64,000 nt of DNA from Phoronis australis. Lineage: Eukaryota > Animalia > Phoronida. The DNA is taken from assembly GCA_002633005.1 (NCBI GenBank), contig NMRA01000165.1, positions 439,541 through 503,540 on the forward strand. The letters are read 5' to 3'. A model generated the notes under the pieces. That model was not told the DNA's origin, made no database searches, and worked only from the letters and a program-made list of their open reading frames with translations. Shown here one piece after another: positions 36,601-48,600 of this stretch; position 1 is the first letter of the stretch; each line of letters begins with the position of its first letter. Both the position numbers and the translations under genes were made by a program.

Positions 36601-39600
36601 CGCTGTTGAAAGTTACTTTACCAAATGACAATAAGGGAACCAAATATCGTAGTCCGCTGAAAAGTACTGAAATTTCAATCAAAGAATTTTCAGGTTCATC
36701 TTTAGCTGAGGACAAAAATACTTACAATGAACAGGTGACAGGTCTCAAACAAGATACTGAAAATGCGCAACAGATGAGCATGATGAAAGGTATGGCAGAA
36801 AGTGTGTCAGAGGACAATAAAGATGCTGGCAATAGTTCATGGCACTTGCGTGATCCCTGTAGGTCATCTGAACCAGACGGAAATACAGATAAGGATACTG
36901 ATGTCCAATACGCTGACAATGATAAGAGCTCCGTTCTGCTAACAAACACTGAAGAGCTGTCTTGCATTACAGATGCTGGAGAAAACAAAACAAAATCTGA
37001 TCGTGATCTTCAGTTGAGAAGCAATATCAGAGAAACAAGTGCTACTGAATGTGGCACCAGTCAGGGTATAGTTTTATGTAACGGTAGTCCTTCTGCCAAA
37101 CATTTGTCTGAAAGTGTTATCACTCAAGATTGTGATGAATTATCTGTGGTGTCTTCAAAACAGACACCTGCAAATGAAAATAAAACTGATAGCACTAAAT
37201 ATGCATCACAGAATGTGGATCCCGCTGATGGTTACCAATCATTAGAATGTCCAAGTGAAGGTGGCACTTTTCAGAAAATTGAAGGAAATACTTCCCAGAA
37301 GACCAACTATGATAATTCACAGAACAGAGACGGTGACACCTCTCAATGCTCAGAAGATGATCCAGTTCAGACCACCAAAGAGGACAGTTCTGAGATGATC
37401 ATGCATGATGGATCCCAGAGCAATGAAGACAATAATTACCAGAATACAGAATATGGCACCATTCAAATAACCGAAGACGAAACTTCTCATAATATAGAAG
37501 GTGATACTTCTCAGAACACTGAAGGTGACTCTCCTCCGAACACACAAGGTGACACTTTCCCAAACACTGAAGGTGACACTTCTCAGAGCACAGAAGGTGA
37601 CACTTCTCAGAGAACAGAAGGTGACACTTCTCAGAGAACAGAAGGTGACACTTCTCAGAGCACAGAAGGTGACACTTCTCAGAGAACAGAAGGTGACACT
37701 TCTCAGAGAACAGAAGGTGACACTTCTCAGAAGACTGAAGGAGATACTTCACAAACATCTTCTGAACATGGCAGTTCAGAGAACATTAAATATGATGCAT
37801 CTCAAACTGGTGTAAAGTGCAACAATACAGTTGTTTCCCCGGAAGTTTTTGATGGGCCACCACAAAAGGGCTCTGAAAGTGTTACAGAAGATCACCTCCA
37901 AAGTGTCGCTGTTGGAAAGGCTATCCCATGTCGAAATAACTTAGCTCCTACACTGCCTGCAATTGACTGTGATGTGGAACACTATCCATGTAATTCTGTC
38001 ACTGTGACTAATGACACAATTAGCCAAACAGATGAAGTGTCCTTTGAGTATGAGACCAGTGTGATGAGTACTCAGACGGAGGATCCAGTTCACAGTACTG
38101 ATATGGGGGTGCAGTACTCACCCTGCATGGATAATGAAACTACACAAACAAGCCAAACTAGTATCACTGGCAGCACCATTTGGACTTCTTTGTCAACCAG
38201 GAGAAAAGAAGACAAAGGTTTTCAGTTTTGTCCCTGTACAGATGAAGTACCGTCGCAAACTGAAAGTAATGGACCAAATGTAATGCAAACTCAAACGAAA
38301 CTTCTGAATTACAGCGAGCAGTTTGCTTCTTTATCTGAGGCCGCAACCAAACAAACTTTGGAAAATGCAAGTGGGGTATGTAACACAATTGGTAGTAAGA
38401 AGAAATTGTGGGATTGCTCAATTATCCAACTAGGCAAGTCGGTGAGCATTTCAAAGAGGAAACAGAGTGCTGAGAGAGAGAAGGAACTGGCAGAGATACG
38501 AAAGTCACAGTGGCAAGCTGCATCTAATATGGTTAGCTGTTTGGGCATTAAACCAGAGAAGGTGAGATTTTCGGTCGATGGAATCAACTTTGTGAAGCTA
38601 GAAACAGGCCCAACTGGCAAAAGTGAGCGCCATCAGTGGATGGAAGACAAATTTATTGAGCGAGCACTGAGACGGTCGCCTAGGAAAGATAAACACATTG
38701 ATGATACAGTTGAGGCACGCGATTCTGAAGTCGGTTTGAATCAACTGGCCAAGAATCAGTACAAATCACCTACTGCATTGCGGCTAGCCATGAATACCTC
38801 AAGTAATGAAATGACTGAGAGGAATGTAAAAGAAGTGTTTGATGAGGCTAAAAACGGCAATTTTGGTGAAATAAGAGGTGGTGACGAATCTATGCCATTG
38901 CCTGGATTATCCAGTTCTGATGTAGTTGAAAACGAAAGTTCATCTACATCTGAAGTAACATCTGTCAGCCTGTCATTGGATAACAGTGAATCTAAGCTGC
39001 AGGTAAGTGGTGATCTTCAAAAGAGATTTCTTAAGACAGCCAGGGCTACCAAGACATTACATCACAAAGGCAAAGATGAGGTCACAGGGCAAGACTGTGA
39101 GCATACTACCACTAGGGGAAATACACACTCTGAAAGAAATCAGTCCAACAATCATGGATATGACATGATTTCAAGTGAGGGTCTTCAAGAAAATGAAAAT
39201 ATTTCAGCTCCAGGAACAAGTCACCATCCTTCAGCTGGCACAAGTCAGTCTGAAAATGTGGTTAGTGGTAAGAACGTCACTGAAGTTAATGGCACTGTCG
39301 GCCAATGTAGAGTTGAAAATACAAAGAAAAAAGTTGAAAATGCTGACATCCCTAATGCTGGTGGTGGTGGGGTTTTATTCCATGGCCCTGCATTCATAAA
39401 AAGTAATTTTCAGTGTTCTTACAGCAAAGGATCAGATTACAATAGCAAAAGAGCAGTGGCAGAGGTGCTTGTTGATGGAGAGGAGTCCAGACACGAGTCT
39501 TCATGTACTACCAAAGCTCAAAGGAGTGATGAATCACATGCGTCAAGAAGACACTTCTGTTTTCCAGTAGATAGTATTTCACAAGACCTAACTACTGCCC

Positions 39601-42600
39601 ATCAGTGGCACAATCTTCACCCAAAAGATAGTCTGACTGTCAATTTGCCTAGTTCACTGTGGCATATGGGGAAGGCTTCATCCTCCAACCAGCCCACTGT
39701 GAGTGTGCACATTCCTGAGTCAGTACGTGAAATGACAGTCCGGTATGGAAATTGCACTCCTGCCGAATTTAGGACTGTGTCTACGAGTAGACCATCACTT
39801 CCAACTCCCTTAAAGTTGGATAGAAGTATGGAAATTCTGAGTTCCTCTTGCAAACATTTGAGTCCCTTGAAGGAAGTTGAGGTAAATGATGAAGAACGGG
39901 CTTATAAACCAGCATGTATTAAAGCTGACATACTGGAAACAGGGCAGCAAAGTAAGGGGCATGTTGGTCAGTCAGAGACAGAACCACTTAACACAGCTCA
40001 TTTTAAGTTCTGGTATGGTTGCAGCCCATCTTTGCTAGCTGCTAAGGAAAAAGGTTTGGGTGTGACAGGCTCTTCTAAGTATAAAACACGTGAAGAGTTG
40101 TGTCCGAAAAAAGGATCACTTCATGCAACGATCAATCAACTAGAGGAAGTTGTGGGTCCGCAGACTGACGTGACTGACATCATGTCTGTTTTGCAGCAGA
40201 TGAATCACTCTCTACAAGAACTGCAGAACTATCAAAGCAAAATGATGTCTGAGAATATAACAAAGTTCTCCACAAAGCAAGCAAGTGATGAAAAGACCAT
40301 CGAGGAAGCTCACACTTCGTCCGTTGCTGGGCATGGTGTATACCGAAGAGACATTAACCTTACTCAGAGTTTCAAGTACAACCAGGTTTGTGTGGATCCC
40401 AATAAGGAGTGCAAGGCATCAAATAGAACCAATGATAGGAGCAGCATGATAGTCAATGTTGGAGAGGAAAGTCCCGATACACGTAGCATTCTGACAGGGA
40501 CCCCACGGGAATTAGTCGATGACTTAGAAAGTATGTACTCACCAGGCCAAAGCGCCATTAGTTCTGGTCTAAGTATTCTGTCCCAAACCCCCAGCGTCAC
40601 CGCTAGCAAGAATTGCTTCGACTTTGAGAGCTGCAGTCTTAGAAAAGAATCAATACGTAGAGACAAGGGTAGTCGGGACTCGTTTAGTCGGAAGTCTGTC
40701 AGATGGTGGCCTGGTCTACATGTCCAGTGCGATGTTGCTGAACACAATTCGGGTGAGTCTGCTCACCCATTAGTGTCAGCAGCTTGTTTTTCTACTCACA
40801 AACAACCTACAATTTCTTTTGCAAAATTAATGCTTCTGGTTGGTATTGAGCATTTCAACTTTTGTTTTGCTTTAATGCTCTGCGCATTTTGCATTAACCA
40901 TCTCGTTGCTGTTATGTAAAGTACAATCTGCATGTTCCTGCACCTGTTATGTTTCAGAAGGAACTCCTAATACTGTTTTCTGTTTGAACATGCACTGTTC
41001 TTGGAAATCTGTTGATGAACCGATAGGTTATTTGAACGTAAAAAATCTTTAAATAGGTTACTTTATTCTCAAAATGGTGTTTTTGTAAGAATATACTCCA
41101 TGCATGGTGCAGTGGTTTTCTTAGTACCATTCCAATACTGGATGAACACTGGACAATGAGTTGTGTCAGATATTTTTTGCCTCATTTTTTAAAATCATTC
41201 ATTACTTATCACTTTTTAGTTATACCGATTTAACGGTATTATGCAGTTTTCATGTGTTTGGCTATGTAATCACAATAAGTGGTTAGCATGCAAAGTCCAC
41301 TTTAATCAACTCTAAACCCATCATCCATCGCAAAAACCAAGTTTGTTTTGACCACTTACCATTAGGAAATAGTTATCAAATTGTCTCTTAGTCATGTTAG
41401 AGGTGACAATAATGCTTGGAATGAAGAAACAGTTCAGTATTGCTTGACACCAGGATCTAGTCGGTGTAACATTTCTGCGCTAAGCATAGTATTACGGAAC
41501 CACAGTCAATTCTTTGCAAACCCAGAAATCACTTTTCATCTCAATATTAAGGAAAAGATTGAAATAAATTTCTTATCGGAAACTAGCTTATTTAAATCAA
41601 AAATTCTTCGTAGGCAGAGAATGGGTCTATAGCCACTTTTTCAAAACTGTGGAATTGTTCTCGACATTCTCACTTGTAAAGAATGAGCAGTCAAGCCTAT
41701 TAATGTTCTTTTAATTTAATTTACTTTCAGAGCAAACGGCAGTAGATGCTTGCCACATGTCAAGTGTGAATCAGTCATCCACACCCTCCACTCAGCAAAG
41801 CACACCAAACACATTGAAGCAATCCGTTAGTCTCGTCGCTAATGTACCCAGTTCATTATTGCTTGTCAACTCACATGACTCTAAAGCTGAAGAGATTTGT
41901 ATGTTTGTTGAGTCTGATGACAGGATCACAGACCAATCAACTTCCAAGATGTCTAAGATAATGAGAAACAAAAAACTTTGCAAGGAAGGATTTGTTCATC
42001 CCAGAGGGATCAGACATTCTCCAATTTCTGATAAAACTAAGTCGCAGTCTGTGGGTCAGGCTATGAAGTCCTCTTCTATGTCTTTACTGGTAGGAGCCAT
42101 CGATTCCCCTGCATCACTGGCTAACATCCCGCAAAAAGTACTCCCTCCCTCCGACAGTCTTCTTGTTGCTGTTACAGAGTCACTGTACCAACGACAGGGG
42201 ATTGACCAACCATCTCATATGGACAATCTTGGTATCAGTCCTTGTTCATTTGAAGAAAGTGGGTCATCAAGTTCGAAAGAAGAGAATTCAACAGCCAAAC
42301 AAGTCATTGTTAACCGGACATCAACACTCACTGTAGAAACGAAACCTCAGAAGTTGTTTAACACAAGCAGCTCAGACAGTACTGTGCATCCACAAGAGAG
42401 TATATCAGAGATGAGCCGTGATGAAATCACGCATTCAAGTCCAAGGTTCTCAACCACGATGTCATCCTCTTCAAGTGACAGCTCTGAGAAACTTGTTAGC
42501 TCAGTTGACCTAGAGGTGGGACACAAGAATAAGCACCGTGATAATGTCCCTGGTCAGCACCGGGATTCCTTGAATGAAAAGGTCATGGACACTCAAGATT

Positions 42601-45600
42601 TTGACCATGTGGAAGAGAACAGGACTTCACACCAGCAAATCGATTATCAACCAACAACAGACTTGTCTACTGCAAGAAACATGGCTCCATTTTTCATGGG
42701 CTGCTCTGACATATTTGATGACTTTGACGTTGCACAATCCTCTAGGTATGGATGTTCCAATATAGTACTCATTTCCCCTCAGTCTGGTTCGGTCTATTCA
42801 ACAAAGGAGGAAGTTAAACCTGCGACAACCAATAAAAAACTATCCGATACTGATTTGTACAAGGTCAAAAGTGCCTCATCTCATACTCGTGAGTGGCGTG
42901 GACAAACAACTAACTTGTACCGCCCTCAAAGAATAGAATCGATCTTCAATGGCACAAATAAACAAAAAGAGGAGCAGCGGCTATGGCAGAAGACAACTGG
43001 TGACGACCTGCAATCGAGTTCCCCTACAGTGCGAAATGAATTGTTACTCTCTGGTTTGCCCAAGCAGACTTCCACACAGACAAATATATCTGACAGTGAT
43101 TGCTTTAAAATTGAACAAAAATCCAGTAGAAATACTCCCAGCACAAAGGAGACATGTAGAGATGTGAATGTTTGTAAATACCAAAAGCCTGTTGCATCAA
43201 ACGTTTCAACACAAATTAGTTCCTCTCATGGAAGTTGTCATGACAAAAGTGAAGAAATTGACAAGACTGGCTTACACCAAAGTTATCCAGTTGGTGGATA
43301 TGTTTTTGCAATTCAGGAGATTCCATTCGGTTTCACGAAATTGAAGCCTCCAATGGTTTCTGTAAGTACTCAATATTCTCACAGCGTTAATGACCTGTCA
43401 GAAGACCATGTGCAGGCTGAGATCAACACGCAACAAGAACAACTATTTCATAGGTTAAGACAGGAAAGAATGCAGGGTACAACATCGAACGTGATTTGCG
43501 ATTTTGACACAATTTTGTTGTCATATATGGCTGCTGTTTTTAAGACCATGTTAAAGAAGAGGTTACAACAGGCCGTCATGTCCAAATATTTTATGCCCGG
43601 CATACAGAGTGTTTTCACTGATCCATGTTTAAGCCTTCTCCATGATGAGAACTTTTCTGGCTTGCAACTAAGTCTCGTACAAACCATAACCAATAACATT
43701 ATGGACAGTATTTTGGATCGTGTTCAGTGTGATGGAAGCCAAAGTAATGTACGATATTCCCTTCCTGGAACAATTCCGAGTTCTCAGACAGATTTCGTAG
43801 TATTGCTTAACAGAGTTGAACAGCGGCTTGACCAAAGTCTCCAGGGGTTTCGCTCCCAGTTGGAAAGGTTAACTGTCAGTGGTTTGATGTCTCAGCCAGT
43901 TGCATCCAGGTTTCAAACTGCTCTAGTACACGTACTTAGTAGTGAATTGCTGCAACCTGTCTTAAATGGAGCACTGACTATGGAACCTCGCACAATTTTG
44001 GTGGTTGGACAGAAGATCGCTCATGCTGCCCTTCAAATAGATGGTGTTCAACAACTGCTGGACAAACTCACTGATCCCCTAACGCCCAGCTGCCAGTCAC
44101 TCGTAGATGACATCAACCGTTCTTCTCGCAATATTTCTTGCCGCGAAATACAGTCATTGTTTCTTTATATCCTGCTTGCTGCAGACGCATGCAGAATTCT
44201 CCAGTCTGATATCACAACTGCAGTCAGACGAGTGGTGACCTCAGAAACGTTCAATGAACAACTCCGTTCAGTTATAGGACGACAGAGAAACTCACCCAGT
44301 GCGGCAAATGACATTGCGTGGTTTTTGACTGACCAAATTCTTGAAACTTTGATAGTTGCCGAAGTGGATCTCGATAAGGAAGCTAATTGTGAATACGATA
44401 TGAACCATGATATACGCTGTGATACTGTAAGGTTTATGAAGGTCGTTGAGGAATGTTTGAGTTTTAGTTCATTGGAAAATCAACTTAGGTCGTGCTCAAT
44501 TCATTTGAAATGTACCGTTAATGCATATCAATCGTTTCTAGCCCGCACAATGCAGGCACCTGTTCGTTACTTACTGCACAACTTGATCAAAACTCAACCC
44601 CGTCATGACGATTTGTTCATGTTTCTGGTCGACCCCATCTTGCACGATTTCGTTGAGCCCTTGTTGCATTGTGGCTTCNTCACAACTGCAGTCAGACGAG
44701 TGGTTACCTCGGAAACGTTCAACGAACAACTCCGTTCAGTTATAGGACGACAGAGAAACTCACCCAGTGCGGCAAATGACATTGCCTGGTTTTTGACTGA
44801 CCAAATTCTTGAAACTTTGATAGCTGCCGAAGTGGATCTCGATAAGGAAGCTAATTGTGAATACGATATGAACCATGATATACGCTGTGATACTGTAAGG
44901 TTTATGAAGGTCGTTGAGGAATGTTTGAGTTTTAGTTCATTGGAAAATCAACTTAGGTCGTGCTCAATTCATTTGAAATGTACCGTTAATGCATATCAAT
45001 CGTTTCTAGCCCGCACAATGCAGGCACCTGTTCGTTACTTACTGCACAACTTGATCAAAACTCAACCCCGTCATGACGATTTGTTCATGTTTCTGGTCGA
45101 CCCCATCTTGCACGATTTCGTTGAGCCCTTGTTGCATTGTGGCTTCGGCGACATTGAACGTATGAAGACATGGCTTATAGAAACGTTAGCTCAAAGTACC
45201 TTGTCTCACAGTTGTATCCCTGCTTTTATTGCTCAAGCACTCCACACAGTCTTTCCTGAGAGGATGTCGTTTAATGTGCACCAGTTCAATTACAACACGT
45301 TGTCAAGCAACCAGTTACTGCCCATTGTGTGTAGGCTGTTGGTAGATTATTACGCTCACCGCGCAACATTTGAGCTTGTCGTTGTACCTCTAACTGAAGT
45401 TGTTAGCGACCAGGGAGTTCATGGTTACTACGGGATGCGCGCAAGTAGTACTGAAGAGGAATGCAATAAACTCATTTCGAATCTGTCGAACTTAGTGTTC
45501 TCCGAAATGTGGCGGCTGATGTCTGGTGGACCACGACTGGATTTCTCCAAACTCTTGCACTTGTCTACCCACATGACCCAATTTCTGGTATCTGTCCAAA

Positions 45601-48600
45601 ATGATCTCCATGCTCACCTAACTTCTCCTTCGCTATCTCAAAGAGCGTCAATAAAAACCGCAGTAGAGAAGATCTTGTCTACTGGATTTCACCCTGCACT
45701 TAGCACAGCCGTAGAAGATGCCACCCTGCGTGTAATTGCTGAAAGGGTTTTATCTTGTGATCAGCGCCAGCCGCTCTCAGAGTTCATAACTATTTCCAAT
45801 ACCAATGAAGTTATTGCGGAAGTGTTAAAACGACCCAACATTCAGAACATCGTCTTAGCGTCATTCGGTTGTTCTCCAGTCGACCTGGAAGGGAATTCTT
45901 GGGGTGTGACAAAAGACAATTGTCTTGATTTTTTCGGCGGACTCTTACACGACTGCCTGCGTGCTGCTGTTCTTTCTACGACAGTATATGATGATGTTCT
46001 GAATTGTCTTCCTTACTTCGACGGGCGAACGAGTATCCATCAATTCATGAAGGAGTTACTGTCCCAGGCTGTTGCAAAGGAAACACTAAAGAAGTTGCAC
46101 GAGTATGTCCTAACATCTTCTAATCAGAAATTTGATTTCTTGTATCCAGTCTCTCCAGATGAGCGACAACATCCCGCTTACGAAGACGCATTCATTCGTG
46201 TCCTTGGTCTGCCGCACAACAGAACCGTTCTTTATCATCTTCTCATGTCTGTTATTCACGAAAAAGTAGTCAAGCCAGTCTTCTCAAAAAAGGTCTCCAC
46301 GAAGGTTCTTGATGTAGGCGGTGATGCTGTAGCCAGCGTCATAGTAGAGGGTTACCAGGCTGGCGCGAATGTAGACTTGTTTGTTCTCCCAGGGACTCAC
46401 TGTTTGGATGCTATCACTGAAGAAGTCGTTGTGGCCGCTTACTCGTGTGGGCTGTTGTCTGATGTCGTGACTGCTATGGAAGCCAAGGAACATACTCCGA
46501 TACCCGAGGTAAGCTTTTAATGAGCAGCTCATGTCTCAAAGTGATAATTAAAGTGACATTATTGACGAGATGAGTCTTTTTTGTGATCAACCTCAGCGCA
46601 TGAATTCTTTGCTGGTTGAGCTTAATTCATCTCAATATTTTAAACTAATTAAACTGGTTGAGACATTGGCCTAGATTTTAGCGAATATCTGGCAAACAAT
46701 GGTGAGACTGGCGCTTCGAAATAAAACCAACGGATTTTTTAGCTCTGGTCAAAGCTTAGAATCACTTCAAAAAGTCTATCACATTGAACAATACATGTAG
46801 TACCAAAAATGACCTTAAAACGATAAAATGTCATGATTTATCTTATAAACAGATATCAACTACCGCAGCTTTCTGCAGACAATGCCGCCTGCTCTGAAAT
46901 AACCCTTTAGGGCGTATACAAGGAAATTCTCCCAAAACTCCCAGGGCTTGTATTTGCATAGAAACTACATTTTCGATCTTTTTAATAAAAACTTTTACCG
47001 ATTTCATGGAAGTGGACTCTTTAGGACCTTGCATTTGCCGTCTCGTACACTCTGCTGTGAAGATTATCTAGGACCGTAGAAAAACGTTCAAATTTGGCTA
47101 ACTTTGGTCCATCATGTTTTAGAAACATTAAAATGTAGTTCTTGGGTCATCCGTGAAATGCATGCTATTGTCTCTCATTCACCGCACGAATCCTTCAGTA
47201 AATAACCTTTCTGAATTATTGAGCCTGTGCAAATTTTGTGTAACATTGGAAAAGGATTGAGTGTCATTTTCAATTATCAGCTCTTCATTATTCTTCAATA
47301 ACTTTGTTACTTTGGTATTTCAATGGATTATAGTTCTAGTACCTCATTGTGTTTTCATGCACGTTGTAATTAGACGATTGCCGTACCTTGTGTTCTATTA
47401 TTACATATTCCAGCGCTAGATGGGGAAAGTCGTTTTTAAAGCTGCATTACCCCTTGTTTAGCCAAAAAAACGAAAGTCGAATTTTGCATTTTTCTCATAA
47501 AGTCGATCTCGTAACATTCCTGTCATCGAAAACGAGGGTTAGCCGACTCTAAAATCGTGCCTTAGCTGTGACTTGAATTACTGACTAATTCGACAATAAT
47601 TGTTCAGTAGATCGGGTGACCGTGGTTATGTTTGAAACCCCTAAACGCATGGGAATTCAACATTAACAAAAACGTCCCTTTAATATCTGTTGATTGGCCA
47701 AAACCCGATTTGGTATCCGTTTAAGTTTCTCATTTTAATTTTGTGCCTAGTAATAAAATAACGGCTATAGTATTGCTAGCGAAGGATGAAAATCTTCTGA
47801 CTTCAATTTGGTGGTGGAAAACTAGATTTCAATGTGTTTTATTGCCACTGAACATTCTGGATTATCTTCTTTATTCAAATGGCATGTGTTCGTGCATTGC
47901 GTCACCGATTGGCGACGTCATTCTGGTGTCCCTGCTGAGCTCATGTAAAACATTATGACGTCACGGGTGTCGACCTGCGCTATGTGATCCAATAAACAGT
48001 CAGTGCTCTTGCTACTGCCCAGGGGCTGCACGTGAACATCTATGAAATGGCCGCAGCTCCTGAGGACGCTAAAGTGACTGAGGTTTGGGGTCCTTCCTAC
48101 AAATACCTTGTGGGCGACGACGAATACGTTATTCAGTCCAGACGTACCCAGGCAACTAGCGACGGGCACGTGCCTGAGATGGTAATCCCCGGGTGTGCCA
48201 CGTCTGCAAGAACGATTGAAATGAGCATCAACAACAATCGTTTATCTGGCTCTACGTCGATTTCGTCGGACGTTGCACATTTGTGCCTCAGTGATGATGT
48301 CCGATATTGCAATATGATTACCGATAGCAAAGATTTTGCACAACAAAAAGGTGGACATGGCGATCCCCCCTCTCAGATGTTGGCTACTGCTGACCTGCAG
48401 TACATAAAAGAAGCTTGCTTACGAGATACGAGAGAATTCTTGCTTCGCTCGCAGAGGAAGAGGTATTATCTCGACAAAACTACGCGTGCCATTGACAGGT
48501 CTATAAGGAAAGCTTTTCGGAGGGAAGAACCATTTGTTAAGAGACCTCAGAAGCATTATCGTAAAAAGCATCAGGTAGAATAGGGCGAGTGCTCAATTTA

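Noticed and set aside
35146-43699. Antisense and alternate-frame ORFs overlapping the giant exons
   Set aside because: Expected shadows of long coding sequence; no motifs or splice support.
44212-45146. Genuine 156-aa internal domain duplication
   Set aside because: The copies abut a single N and differ only at allele-like levels, which is typical of a contig-overlap artefact.
35064-46520. The 1951-aa and 1587-aa ORFs as independent single-exon genes, or as viral/transposon polyproteins
   Set aside because: Both are bounded by strong, phase-compatible splice sites, the first lacks an ATG start, and no reverse transcriptase, integrase, transposase or capsid motifs are visible.
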